DNA of 64,000 nt from positions 256,001 to 320,000 of the forward strand of contig CAWFOM010000010.1 of assembly GCA_963817385.1 (NCBI GenBank). The letters are read 5' to 3'. The stretch's first letter is position 1; every line of letters begins with the position of its first letter. Below the pieces are notes generated by a model. It worked only from the letters and a program-made list of their open reading frames with translations. It ran no database searches and had not been told where the DNA came from. Of the stretch, positions 10,357 through 20,283 are shown one piece after another. The position numbers and the translations under genes are program-made. This DNA comes from an uncultured delta proteobacterium. GTDB taxonomy: Bacteria; Desulfobacterota; Syntrophia; Syntrophales; UBA5619.

Positions 10357-12246
10357 CTATAGCCAACGATCCGACTTTGATTTCGCTTCGTATTCCCCCC
10401 GGAGGGCTATCTGTGTCGCTTCGGCTATATCCTCCGCCCGCTTGACCCAGTCTTCGAATTTGATGTCTACGCCAAAGATGCCGACCATCTCATCCCGCTC
10501 ATCCACGATTGGAGCGGAAACGGTGATGCAAAGCGCGCCAGTCATTTTGGATATATAGAATTCAGTCACATGGATCTTCCCGGATTGGAGGGGTTTGATA
10601 AACCACTCGCGGTCCGACTGGTCGGTTCCGATGCCGTAGTTCTCATACTTCGCCCGGTCGGCAATATTGGTGATGTTCCGGGTCGTTTTCCGACCATTCA
10701 TGTCCACGACATAGGCGAACTGTATGGAGGGGTTTTCCTCGATGAACTGCTGCATCACTGGTTCCTGAAGCTCCGGTTTCATCGTTTTCATATTCGCGTG
10801 TTCGATAACCTTTTTCACGACGGAGACCGCCGCCTGCGCGGCCATGAACTTGATCTTCTCCAGATCGGACATGAATAGTTCCGGGAGATACTTTCTCACT
10901 CTCTTTTCCAACTCCTCATTCGAAATGCCCGTCATCCGGCCTCCTTCATACTGCTCGGTGACCCACTTATGAATCTTGGAGACGCCGGGATGCCGCTTGT
11001 CGACCGCATTTTCCCCCGAGAGGCCGAGATGGGCATTGATCCAGAAAGCGATCCCCGATTTGCCCGATTTGTCGGTGATCATCGGGATGATCGGTCTTTT
11101 CAGAATTTTTGTCGTGTTGAAGATATTGTAGATCTCCTCACACTTGATCAGGCCATCTACATGGACACCGGCTCTGGTTATGTTGAAATCTGCTCCCACA
11201 AATGGAAAGTTCGGAGGAATCCGGATACCGATCTCCTTCTCAAAATAATGGGCGATATCGGTAATCACGGTTGTATCGATCCCGTTCGTATTGCCCCGAA
11301 GGCTGATATACTCGATAATCAGCGCCTCCAGTGGAGGATTGCCGGTCCGCTCACCCAGGCCGAGGAGTGTCGTATTGGCGGCGCTGCAGCCATAGAGCCA
11401 GGCGGTGGTGGCGTTGATCATGGCCTTGTGAAAATCGTTATGGCCATGCCATTCCAATAGATGACCAGGGACCTCCGCATCTTCGATGAAGGCCCGGACG
11501 AGCTTGTCTACGCTCCTGGGGAGGGCTGCTCCGGGGTATGTCACCCCGTATCCCATGGTGTCACAGAGCCGTATCTTGATGTCGATCCCGCTTTCCGCCC
11601 TGAGCTTCATCAGCTCGATCGCAAAGGGAATGCAGAAACCGTATACATCGGCCCGGGTGACATCCTCGAAATGACAGCGGGGAATGATCCCCGCATCAAG
11701 GATTGAACGGACGATGTTAAGGTAATCATCCATTGCTTGTCGCCGGCTCTTGTTCAGCTTGAGAAAGATGTGATAGTCGGAGACTGAAGTGAGGATTCCG
11801 GTTTCTTTGATACCCGACTGTTTAACCAGAGGGACATCTTCCGCGCTGGCCCTGATCCAGCCGGATATTTCCGGATATCGCAATCCGAGGCTCTGACACT
11901 GCTCCACGGCCTCCCGATCCTTTGGACTGTAGAGAAAAAATTCCGATTGGCGGATCACCCCGTTCGGTCCGCCCAGATGACTCATCATGGTATAGAGATC
12001 CACTATCTGTTGAACGGTATAAGGGGGGCGAGCCTGCTGTCCATCCCGAAATGTCGTATCGGTAATAAAAATGTCTTCCGCGGGATTGATCGACATGACC
12101 TTGTGGTCGAAGTCGATTTTGCAGACCTCATCATAGGGAAAGATATCCTTCTGAAGATTCGGATCGTGAACATCTTTGAGATCAAACTTCCAGAATTGTG
12201 TATGCTCGTGATCCAGCACTTTCTTGTCCTTGTTCCATCGTGCCAT
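10357..12246 (-). CDS. Re-citrate synthase-like DRE-TIM metallolyase with C-terminal Cache/PDC domain
   Basis: TDTTFRDGQQ, HGHNDF, GLGERTGN, AGVHVDG, TDKSGKSG fit the Re-citrate synthase subgroup; C-terminal DQSDREWF...YISKMTGALCITVSAPI...GIFGVDI is Cache-like. Confidence 0.75.
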   Translation of the reverse strand: MARWNKDKKVLDHEHTQFWKFDLKDVHDPNLQKDIFPYDEVCKIDFDHKVMSINPAEDIFITDTTFRDGQQARPPYTVQQIVDLYTMMSHLGGPNGVIRQSEFFLYSPKDREAVEQCQSLGLRYPEISGWIRASAEDVPLVKQSGIKETGILTSVSDYHIFLKLNKSRRQAMDDYLNIVRSILDAGIIPRCHFEDVTRADVYGFCIPFAIELMKLRAESGIDIKIRLCDTMGYGVTYPGAALPRSVDKLVRAFIEDAEVPGHLLEWHGHNDFHKAMINATTAWLYGCSAANTTLLGLGERTGNPPLEALIIEYISLRGNTNGIDTTVITDIAHYFEKEIGIRIPPNFPFVGADFNITRAGVHVDGLIKCEEIYNIFNTTKILKRPIIPMITDKSGKSGIAFWINAHLGLSGENAVDKRHPGVSKIHKWVTEQYEGGRMTGISNEELEKRVRKYLPELFMSDLEKIKFMAAQAAVSVVKKVIEHANMKTMKPELQEPVMQQFIEENPSIQFAYVVDMNGRKTTRNITNIADRAKYENYGIGTDQSDREWFIKPLQSGKIHVTEFYISKMTGALCITVSAPIVDERDEMVGIFGVDIKFEDWVKRAEDIAEATQIALRGEYEAKSKSDRWL

Positions 12247-12291
12247 ATTTTTTAACCCCCTCGCTATGGAATAAAAACCTACACCTTCGGA

Positions 12292-12326
12292 AATAAAAAA
12301 GGGGCACCTGGAATAGCCGTGCCCCC
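12292..12326 (-). terminator. Intrinsic terminator in the 5' leader of the Re-citrate synthase-like gene
   Basis: Minus strand GGGGCAC-GGCTATTCCAG-GTGCCCC then TTTTTTATTT, about 45 nt upstream of the start codon. Confidence 0.8.
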
Positions 12327-12349
12327 GCTGCCCGTGACACCGGATGGTC

Positions 12350-12484
12350 TCACCCGGATGTCAAAACGCTGCGCGACGGCGGCGTGCCGCGCGCAGCGGC
12401 ACATCCAGGCTGCCTGTTCTGGCGGGCTTCTACAGCAAATTGAAATGATTTGAAGCAGCGGTTTATTCGCATTAACATTCTCAT
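12350..12484 (-). CDS. Candidate leader peptide (44 aa) MRMLMRINRCFKSFQFAVEARQNRQPGCAAARGTPPSRSVLTSG
   Basis: Open frame between the promoter and the leader terminator; three in-frame ATGs; weak RBS. Confidence 0.45.
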   Translation of the reverse strand: MRMLMRINRCFKSFQFAVEARQNRQPGCAAARGTPPSRSVLTSG

Positions 12485-12529
12485 ACCAAATCCGTGATTT
12501 CCACGATAACGAACGCTACCTTATTAAGA

Positions 12530-12558
12530 AGAATAGGCAGATCAATGGACTTTGTCAA
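12530..12558 (-). promoter_or_regulatory. Sigma70 promoter upstream of the Re-citrate synthase leader
   Basis: TTGACA (12558-12553), 17 nt, TATTCT (12535-12530). Confidence 0.7.
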
Positions 12559-12565
12559 TAAAAAA

Positions 12566-14344
12566 TTAGGTTACGATCTTCAGGGAAAGTTCCATAAGCT
12601 GCTCCAGACTGACATGCGACGGGGCGTCCGTGAGCATGCAGGTGGCCTTCTGTGTCTTAGGAAAAGCGATCACATCCCGGATCGACTCTGCCCCCGTCAT
12701 CAGCATGATCAGACGGTCAAGACCAAAGGCGATCCCCCCATGGGGCGGGGTCCCGTATTCCAGGGCATCGAGGAGAAAGCCGAATTTGCCCCGCGCCTCT
12801 TCATCGCTGAGACCAAGGGCCTTGAAGATCATGGCCTGAACCTCCTGCCGGTGGATCCGTATGCTGCCGCCTCCGATCTCTGAACCGTTCAGGACGAGGT
12901 CATAGGCGCGCGCATGGACCTTTCCGGGATCTGTTTCAATAAGAGGAATATCCTCAAGGCGAGGCGATGTGAAGGGGTGATGAGTGGAAACAAACCGCTT
13001 CTCCGTTTCGCTGTAGTCGAAAAGGGGAAATTCGGTCACCCAGGTAAAGGCCATCACCCGGGGATCGATGAGGTTGAGTTTTTTTGCCAGGTGGATCCGA
13101 AGGTTGCCTAATGAATCGCGGGCCACCGTCGGCGAATCGGCCACAAAAAGGATGACGTCGCCCTCACGGGTCGCCATGGTTCTATTGATGCCGCCGACCT
13201 CTTCCGGCGAGAGAAACTTGAAAATCGGAGATGTCCAGCCATCCTCATTGACCCGTGCCCAGGCCAGCCCCTTCGCCCCGTACTGGGCAACGAAATCCTT
13301 GAGCTCATCCAGATCTTTCCGGGAAAGACTGCTCCCGTTTTCGACCCGGATAGCTTTGATAACCCCCCCGCCGGCGGCAATGTCCGCGAAGAGCTTGAAT
13401 CCCGAGCTTCTCAGGATATCTGTCAGATCGCGAATTTCCAGACCGAAACGCATGTCGGGATTGTCCTTTCCGAAACGGTTTATCGCGTCCTGATAGGAAA
13501 TCCTGGGGAAGGGAAGGGTCAATTCACGATTGAGACAGGTCAGGAAGAGGTGAGCCATCATCCTCTCCATGATCAGGATGATGTCCTCTTCGGTAATGAA
13601 AGACATCTCAATGTCTATCTGCGTGAATTCCGGCTGGCGGTCGGCACGGAGATCCTCATCACGGAAGCACTTGACGATCTGAAAGTAACGGTCAAAACCG
13701 GAAACCATCAGGAGCTGTTTGAAGATCTGTGGAGATTGGGGCAGGGCATAGAACATCCCTTGGTTGACCCGGCTGGGAACCAGATAATCCCGGGCGCCCT
13801 CCGGCGTGCTTTTCGTGAGAAAAGGGGTCTCGATCTCGACAAAGCCTTCCCGGTGAAGGTATTCGCGAGTCGCCGCAGCGACCCTGCTTCTCAAGATGAG
13901 ATTTTTCTGAATCTCGGGGCGTCGGAGATCAATGTAGCGGTATTTGAGACGGACGTTTTCGGAAATCTCCGCAGTTCCATCAAGGACAAAGGGAGGCGTC
14001 TTCGCCTCATTGAGAATCTCAAGATCATTCGCCATCACTTCGATCTCGCCGGTCCGCAAATCGGGATTCTCCATGCCCTCCGGTCGCCGACGCACAATGC
14101 CTTTTACGGCCAGGACATATTCGGCCCGGATCTTTCCCGCCTCATTATGGCAACTCGCGCAGATTTCCGGATTAAAGACGACTTGTACGAGACCTTCCCG
14201 GTCCCTGAGGTCGATAAAAATCACCCCGCCGTGATCCCGTCGCCGATGGGACCAGCCCATCAGGATTACTTCCTCACCGGCATGGGTCGCATTCAGGTCA
14301 CCGCAGTAATGGGTTCTTTTTCGGATCGTCAAAAAGTCAGACAA
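12566..14344 (-). CDS. aspS: Aspartate--tRNA ligase
   Basis: [60 protein letters not shown]. Confidence 0.97.
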   Translation of the reverse strand: MSDFLTIRKRTHYCGDLNATHAGEEVILMGWSHRRRDHGGVIFIDLRDREGLVQVVFNPEICASCHNEAGKIRAEYVLAVKGIVRRRPEGMENPDLRTGEIEVMANDLEILNEAKTPPFVLDGTAEISENVRLKYRYIDLRRPEIQKNLILRSRVAAATREYLHREGFVEIETPFLTKSTPEGARDYLVPSRVNQGMFYALPQSPQIFKQLLMVSGFDRYFQIVKCFRDEDLRADRQPEFTQIDIEMSFITEEDIILIMERMMAHLFLTCLNRELTLPFPRISYQDAINRFGKDNPDMRFGLEIRDLTDILRSSGFKLFADIAAGGGVIKAIRVENGSSLSRKDLDELKDFVAQYGAKGLAWARVNEDGWTSPIFKFLSPEEVGGINRTMATREGDVILFVADSPTVARDSLGNLRIHLAKKLNLIDPRVMAFTWVTEFPLFDYSETEKRFVSTHHPFTSPRLEDIPLIETDPGKVHARAYDLVLNGSEIGGGSIRIHRQEVQAMIFKALGLSDEEARGKFGFLLDALEYGTPPHGGIAFGLDRLIMLMTGAESIRDVIAFPKTQKATCMLTDAPSHVSLEQLMELSLKIVT

Positions 14345-14364
14345 AATTTCTTACCTCGCTCTGT

Positions 14365-15609
14365 TCATGATGGTTTTTCCAGTTTGTCCAGGGCAACATC
14401 TTCCTGCGTGCTGGCCCTCATGTCCCTGAGAAGAGCCCGGTTCTCATCGATCTCCCGATCTCCAAGAATCAGGGTAAAGGCGCTGTTAAGCTTATTCGCC
14501 CTCTTCATCTGACTCTTAAGACTCCTGCCGCCATAGTCCATCTCCACTCGAATTCCCTTCATCCGCAGGCGGTTGCAGAGGGAAAATGCCTTTTCTAAAG
14601 CCCGTTCGCCAAGGGGAGCGATGAAGAGGAGCGGGCTGGACGGAGTGCCTGTCTCCCCTTCCGGAATAAGGGATGCCAGGCGTTCAAAGCCGATGGCAAA
14701 GCCGATCCCGGAAATATCCGGTCCGCCGAGCTCCTGAACGAGATGATCGTACCGGCCGCCGCCAAGGATGGCGTTTTGCGCACCGAGAAATTCCGTCGTG
14801 ACTTCAAACGTCGTCCTTGTATAATAATCGAGGCCCCGGACCATTTTCGCGTTGACTTTGCAAGGAATCTGAAAGAGGCCGAGGATTGACTGGACTTTTT
14901 CAAAATGCTCCCTGCAGGCAAGGCAGAGGAAGTCTGCCATGTTCGGTGCCAGGGATACGAGCTCGCCGCATTGTTCCACCTTGCAGTCAAAGACCCGAAG
15001 CGGGTTGGTTCCGATCCGCCGTCGGCAGTCCGCGCAGAGTCTTTCCTCACTCCCGCGGAGAAAGGCAACGATGGCATCCCGGAAAGCAGGACGGCACTGG
15101 GGGCAGCCAAGCGAGTTGATCTCGATATTCAGGTTCTTGAGTCCGAGGCGGCGGAGAAAATAGGTCAGCATCAGGATGAGTTCGGCATCGGTGTGCGGAT
15201 CATCCGGTCCGAGGACCTCGACGTCGATCTGATTGAATTGCCGATAGCGCCCTTTTTGGGGCCTCTCCCTCCGGAACATTGGACCGATGGTGAAGAGCTT
15301 GGTCACTGGTTCGGCGGCATGAAGAGAGTGCTCGAGATATGCCCGGATAACGGATGCGGTTGCCTCCGGCCGAAGCGTTAGGGATTCCTCACCCCGATCG
15401 AGGAAGGTATACATCTCCTTCTCAACGATATCGGTGGATTCACCTATCCCGCGACGGAAGAGCTCAGTCTTTTCCAAAAGGGGGAGGCGGATTTCATTGA
15501 ACCCGAAGGTACGAAACACTTCATGGGCCGTATCTTCGATATGCCGCCATTTATCTGTTTCCGGAGGGAGGATATCCTTGAACCCCCTGACGGCAGTAAT
15601 GATTTCCAT
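14365..15609 (-). CDS. hisS: Histidine--tRNA ligase
   Basis: TDIVEKEMYTF, LRPEATAS, FRRERPQKGRYRQF, VRGLDYY, GGGRYD. Confidence 0.97.
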   Translation of the reverse strand: MEIITAVRGFKDILPPETDKWRHIEDTAHEVFRTFGFNEIRLPLLEKTELFRRGIGESTDIVEKEMYTFLDRGEESLTLRPEATASVIRAYLEHSLHAAEPVTKLFTIGPMFRRERPQKGRYRQFNQIDVEVLGPDDPHTDAELILMLTYFLRRLGLKNLNIEINSLGCPQCRPAFRDAIVAFLRGSEERLCADCRRRIGTNPLRVFDCKVEQCGELVSLAPNMADFLCLACREHFEKVQSILGLFQIPCKVNAKMVRGLDYYTRTTFEVTTEFLGAQNAILGGGRYDHLVQELGGPDISGIGFAIGFERLASLIPEGETGTPSSPLLFIAPLGERALEKAFSLCNRLRMKGIRVEMDYGGRSLKSQMKRANKLNSAFTLILGDREIDENRALLRDMRASTQEDVALDKLEKPS

Positions 15610-15707
15610 CGATCAGAACCTCTCTATACCTTTTCAATTAAGGGGTGATTCGATAGCATATTGAGTAGATAAACGCAATAGAAATGATAGGCAGTGCCAT
15701 ATCGTGG

Positions 15708-18302
15708 TCAGGGGATACCGGATCGAAAAACGGTGGTCTTGAGGTCGTTTCCATCCGTCATGACGGTTACGGCTCCATCCCGATCTGTACGACAGACACG
15801 GGATTGCATCAGTTCAAACCTCCTGATGACGTCTGGATGGGGAACACGAAAGACGTTTTTCAAACCGCAACTGATAACGGCCACTTGAGGTTTGACCCTT
15901 TCGATAAAGGGCATCGTGCTGGAACGGACGCTGCCGTGGTGGGGTACAAAGAGTACATCACTTTGCAGATCGGTCTCGGACTGGGAAAGCCGCCATTCCG
16001 AGGCTTCTGAAATATCGCTTGGAAGGAGAAAACTCCTCCTGCCAAAGGAGAGTTTTATGACGAGAGAACGGTTGTTGATTTCATCCAAATCGGGTGACAT
16101 CTTTCTGATCGTATTTGGCCGTGGGGAATACTCCTGACTCTCCGTTGCTTCGTAATCTGCCTGGATCGGAGAAAGTGCTGCCGCATACGGGGGGATAACG
16201 GAATTCGACGGAGGATTCAGGATGCGAATGGTAACTCCGGATGTTTCGATATGAGGAGTCATATCCGAAAGGTTCTTCAGGGTAATCCCCCGGTTCCGGA
16301 TGATACGACGGAACGATAGATAGAGTGGCGAATCAATCACCTGGCCATTAGTCCATACCTCGTGTACGTGAAAATTTTCCAAGATGAACAGCAGACCCTG
16401 GAGATGATCCGGGTGAGGATGCGTCAGGGCGACAGTATCTATCCGGTCGATCCTTTCATGCCAGAGGAAGGGGGCCATGACAAGTTTTCCGACATCAAAG
16501 GTTTCGTCAAAAAAGCCGCCACCGTCTACGAGCATTCTCTTTCCTCCAGGGAAACGTATCAGGATAGCGCTTCCCTGGCCCACATCAACCGCCGTCAAGG
16601 AAAGTATTCCGTGCTGAAGGCCTCGGAAATGGAGCTGGATACCGTTGAGAATAAAAAAAAGGATCAGGAAAATTGGGGTGATTTTCCAGCATAGTAACTT
16701 TTTTTGTGGCGGTACATCTCCCCGACCGATCCATTGATCCAGCCAGTAACCCGCTGAGCCGAGAAGAAGATAGAAGGCCCCGATTTCAAGAAGCGTGGGG
16801 GTCGTGACGTAGACAGATGACCAAGGTAGTGCCGCGAACCAATCGACAAGTGAAAGGGATATTCGGACGAATTGTGCCGAGATCCGGATGATGATATCGG
16901 CCAATAACGCGGAGATAGGTACAGCAAGGACGATGAACAAGCAAAACGGAATGGCAATGATGCCAAGAATGGGCACTATGATGAAGTTTGCGGCGAGGGT
17001 GACAAGTGAGAATAGGTTGAAATAGAGGAGTATCAGAGGCAGAGTACCGAGTGTGGCGCTGAGGGAAGCAAAGAAAAAGATTATGACGGCACGCAGAGCC
17101 CATTTAAAATGCCGCACAAGCCCTTTCCTCTCTGTCAGGGTGGGAGTGCCTGACGACGGAGGAGGAGGTAAAAGGGCTGTCAATTTTGGTGTTAGAAAGA
17201 GGAGTGACACAACCGCCATAAAGGAAAGTTGAAAGGAGACATCGAAAAGAGAATAGGGTGTGATGATTAGGATGCAAAAAGCCGCCAAGGCAAGCGTGTT
17301 GTACAGATCCCGCTCCCTATTGATAAGGATGGCGAGCATAAAAAGCACGACCATGATGGATGCCCTGATGACGGATATGCCCAATCCGGCGATGAACGTG
17401 TAGAGGGTGATGATGAGAATCGCGAATAGTGTGGAAATCCCGGTTATGTTCCACTTTAGCAGGAGATATTCAGAGTATTTCAGGAACAGGCGAATCACAA
17501 ACAGCGAAAAGAACGCCACGATACCGATATTGAACCCGGAAATGGCAATGATATGGGTAGTACCCGTCCGGTTGAATTTCTCCATGACCTCCTTCGGAAT
17601 CTCCTTTTGATCACCGAGAATCATCGCCTGGATGATGGCGCCTTCTATCCCGGATGCCGAATTCAGGATGGTTTTCCGGATGAGATCACGGAACCGCTCA
17701 AGACGGCTCCGAAGAGGATTGCCCATGTCTCTGCGCAGGATAACAATTCCTCTGCTGTCATTGATGAACCCCCGCACCATTATGCCACGGAAACGAAGAT
17801 ACCGCTCATAATCAAAACCTCCGGGATTATGGAAATTATGAGGAAGCCTGAGCTTGGACTGGAAACGGATGACATCACCGTATCGAAAAGGATAGGGTTC
17901 ACGGATGGTGAGGAGGAGACGCCCCGAGATCGATAGGTACTGACCGTTGGCAAGAATCCGGGAGGCAGAGACAATCAGTTCAGTTTTTTCCGGCGATACT
18001 TGCGGGCTATCGCAGACAACACCTTCCACCGTGATCTTTTCATCACCGGGAACGTTGGTGATATGCTCGTTTCCAATATGAGGATAGAGGGATAGGTTCA
18101 TCTCCAGGATGCCCAGGGCAAAGAGTGAAAAAAGGAGGGCGAAACGGTGAAGGCGCTCCCATTTTTTGAACAAACCCAGAAGGACAAGGAGCAATGCAGC
18201 GATCAGGCATACCTGAACAGGAAAATCGGGGATCGGGAAGAGGCTGCTGCAGGAGATCCCCAATACGAGCGCTGTCAGAAGAGGGATGATCGGCCTTGTC
18301 AT
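15708..18302 (-). CDS. comEC: DNA uptake competence protein ComEC/Rec2
   Basis: NPGGFDY, GTTHIIAISGFN, SFQLSF, DVGQG, THPHPDH, VPHHGS, RTDRDGAV; multi-TM protein with MBL domain. Confidence 0.93.
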   Translation of the reverse strand: MTRPIIPLLTALVLGISCSSLFPIPDFPVQVCLIAALLLVLLGLFKKWERLHRFALLFSLFALGILEMNLSLYPHIGNEHITNVPGDEKITVEGVVCDSPQVSPEKTELIVSASRILANGQYLSISGRLLLTIREPYPFRYGDVIRFQSKLRLPHNFHNPGGFDYERYLRFRGIMVRGFINDSRGIVILRRDMGNPLRSRLERFRDLIRKTILNSASGIEGAIIQAMILGDQKEIPKEVMEKFNRTGTTHIIAISGFNIGIVAFFSLFVIRLFLKYSEYLLLKWNITGISTLFAILIITLYTFIAGLGISVIRASIMVVLFMLAILINRERDLYNTLALAAFCILIITPYSLFDVSFQLSFMAVVSLLFLTPKLTALLPPPPSSGTPTLTERKGLVRHFKWALRAVIIFFFASLSATLGTLPLILLYFNLFSLVTLAANFIIVPILGIIAIPFCLFIVLAVPISALLADIIIRISAQFVRISLSLVDWFAALPWSSVYVTTPTLLEIGAFYLLLGSAGYWLDQWIGRGDVPPQKKLLCWKITPIFLILFFILNGIQLHFRGLQHGILSLTAVDVGQGSAILIRFPGGKRMLVDGGGFFDETFDVGKLVMAPFLWHERIDRIDTVALTHPHPDHLQGLLFILENFHVHEVWTNGQVIDSPLYLSFRRIIRNRGITLKNLSDMTPHIETSGVTIRILNPPSNSVIPPYAAALSPIQADYEATESQEYSPRPNTIRKMSPDLDEINNRSLVIKLSFGRRSFLLPSDISEASEWRLSQSETDLQSDVLFVPHHGSVRSSTMPFIERVKPQVAVISCGLKNVFRVPHPDVIRRFELMQSRVCRTDRDGAVTVMTDGNDLKTTVFRSGIP

Positions 18303-18558
18303 TGTAGAACCGCCGTTCTCAATATCAGTCAGTTATAACAATATGACTTTTTAGCCCGCATGACAATTTTATAGAAAGAAACAGCATGCATGTCAATATA
18401 AACTCAATTTTGGTTAGATCTAGTGTAGTAAATGATTTCGAAAACTCATGATCCATCATTGGGAACATCAATGGTGTTGACTTTTTTGAGGGGTGAAAGT
18501 AACTTGCAAGTTAGATACGGCAGGAATAACTCCCGAAGCCGGACCAATATAAGTCAGG

Positions 18559-20268
18559 GTGAAAATGATCGAGAATGTAAAGCTTCCCGAATACATGACA
18601 TCACGGATCCGCTGGCTGATGCTCGCGCGAGTGATCATCGTAACCTTTCTTCTGGTACTAGCCATCTTTATCAAAGTGACGGAGATGGAATCACTTTCGG
18701 CGGTATCGGCATCCACACTTTTCAAAACGATCCTTGTGACATACATTCTTTCGATTCTTTTTCTTTTTCTCTTGAAATATATCAGGAACATTTCTCTGAA
18801 TATTTACATTCAGAGTATCTGCGATGTGGCTTTGATCACCGGAATGGTTTATGCGACTGGTGGCATCCGCAGTATCTATTCCGTCTTTTATCCACTCGTC
18901 ATCATTTATTCGGTCCTCTTCCTGGGACGAAATGGCGGCCTCATCGTGGCCTCCGCAGCGGGCATCTTTTACGGGCTCTTTGCCGACCTGGAATTTTATG
19001 GCGTGATTTATCCAATCTTCTCAATCCCCACGTCGGATTACCCGATGAATGCCGGAGATGTCTTAACCCGTATTATCACTCATATCCTCTCTTTTTATCT
19101 TTTTGCCTTTTTGGCGAGTTTTTTCGTAGAACAAGAGAAGAAGGCAAGGGCCCTACTCGCCGAGAAGCAGAGCTCCTTTGAGCAGTTAGACATTCTCCAT
19201 CGAAGCATCATCGAATCAGTTGACACGGGTATTCTGACAGTCAATCTGAATGGGGAGATCAAATCCTTCAACCGGGCAGCCGCCGAGATCACCGGATTCT
19301 CCTTTAGAGATGTTGAGAATCGCGTCATCGACGATGTCTTTCCCGACTGCCCGTCTCTTAAGGCAGAATTCAATGACGATGGATACCGATCTGTGGCGAA
19401 GACGCGATTCGAAATGGCGTTTCAAACAGGAGATGGGAAGAATCTGATGCTTGGCGGATCAGTTTCGCCGTTGAGGGATCCTCGGGGTGTAACAATTGGC
19501 AATATCATCGTTTTCCAGGATCTGACAGGCATCAATGAGATGAAGGAATCATTGGAGAGGAGCCGGCGCCTCGCATTAATTGGCGAAATGGCTGCGGGAC
19601 TTGCGCATGAGATACGAAATCCCCTGGCATCCATAAGTGGCTCCATACAGATGCTCAAAGGAGATCTTTCACAGAATGAGACTAATGCGAGATTGATGCA
19701 GATCATCCTCCGCGGAAAGGATCAATTGGAAAGTTTTCTGAAGGATTTTCTTTTAATGGCAAGGCCGGCGCCTGGCGTTAGAGAACAACTCGACATCAGA
19801 GAAACGATCCGGGATGTTATGGAATCTCTTCGTTGCGTAGCCGACTGGCATGAACCTCTGAATGTCTTCATGCTTTTGGGTGATGAGCCCCTTTATATTG
19901 AAACAAATAGAACCGAAATCCGACAGGTGATCTGGAATGTGATCCTCAATGCCGTTCAGGCTATGCCGGAGGGGGGAGAGCTGAAGATTGAAGCGCATCA
20001 TTCCCAGATCAAGGAGAGAGATGGTGTGGAAATTCGGATCGAAGACACAGGATGCGGCATCTGGGAACAGAGTCTGAAAAAGATCTTCGAACCCTTTTAT
20101 ACCACCCGCGATAAGGGTACAGGACTTGGGTTGGCGGTTGTCAGTAGGATCATGGATGTATACGGAGGCAGTATCCATATGCAAAGTCAACCTGATAAAG
20201 GGACAATCTGTACGATATGGTTTCCCGGTGAGATTAGCCATATAATTGAGAAACAGGCCATTTGTTAG
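18559..20268 (+). CDS. pilS: PilS-like PAS sensor histidine kinase
   Basis: N-terminal TM helices with TGGIRS motif, PAS region, AHEIRNPL H-box, N-box, FYTTRDKGTGLGL. Confidence 0.75.
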   Translation: MKMIENVKLPEYMTSRIRWLMLARVIIVTFLLVLAIFIKVTEMESLSAVSASTLFKTILVTYILSILFLFLLKYIRNISLNIYIQSICDVALITGMVYATGGIRSIYSVFYPLVIIYSVLFLGRNGGLIVASAAGIFYGLFADLEFYGVIYPIFSIPTSDYPMNAGDVLTRIITHILSFYLFAFLASFFVEQEKKARALLAEKQSSFEQLDILHRSIIESVDTGILTVNLNGEIKSFNRAAAEITGFSFRDVENRVIDDVFPDCPSLKAEFNDDGYRSVAKTRFEMAFQTGDGKNLMLGGSVSPLRDPRGVTIGNIIVFQDLTGINEMKESLERSRRLALIGEMAAGLAHEIRNPLASISGSIQMLKGDLSQNETNARLMQIILRGKDQLESFLKDFLLMARPAPGVREQLDIRETIRDVMESLRCVADWHEPLNVFMLLGDEPLYIETNRTEIRQVIWNVILNAVQAMPEGGELKIEAHHSQIKERDGVEIRIEDTGCGIWEQSLKKIFEPFYTTRDKGTGLGLAVVSRIMDVYGGSIHMQSQPDKGTICTIWFPGEISHIIEKQAIC

Positions 20269-20283
20269 AGTGGAGGAAGAAAT

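Noticed and set aside
14347..14385. Possible homopolymer frameshift at the hisS 3' end (LEKPS* versus LEKTIMNRAR*)
   Set aside because: Affects only the last few residues; the protein is essentially full length and the question cannot be resolved without reads
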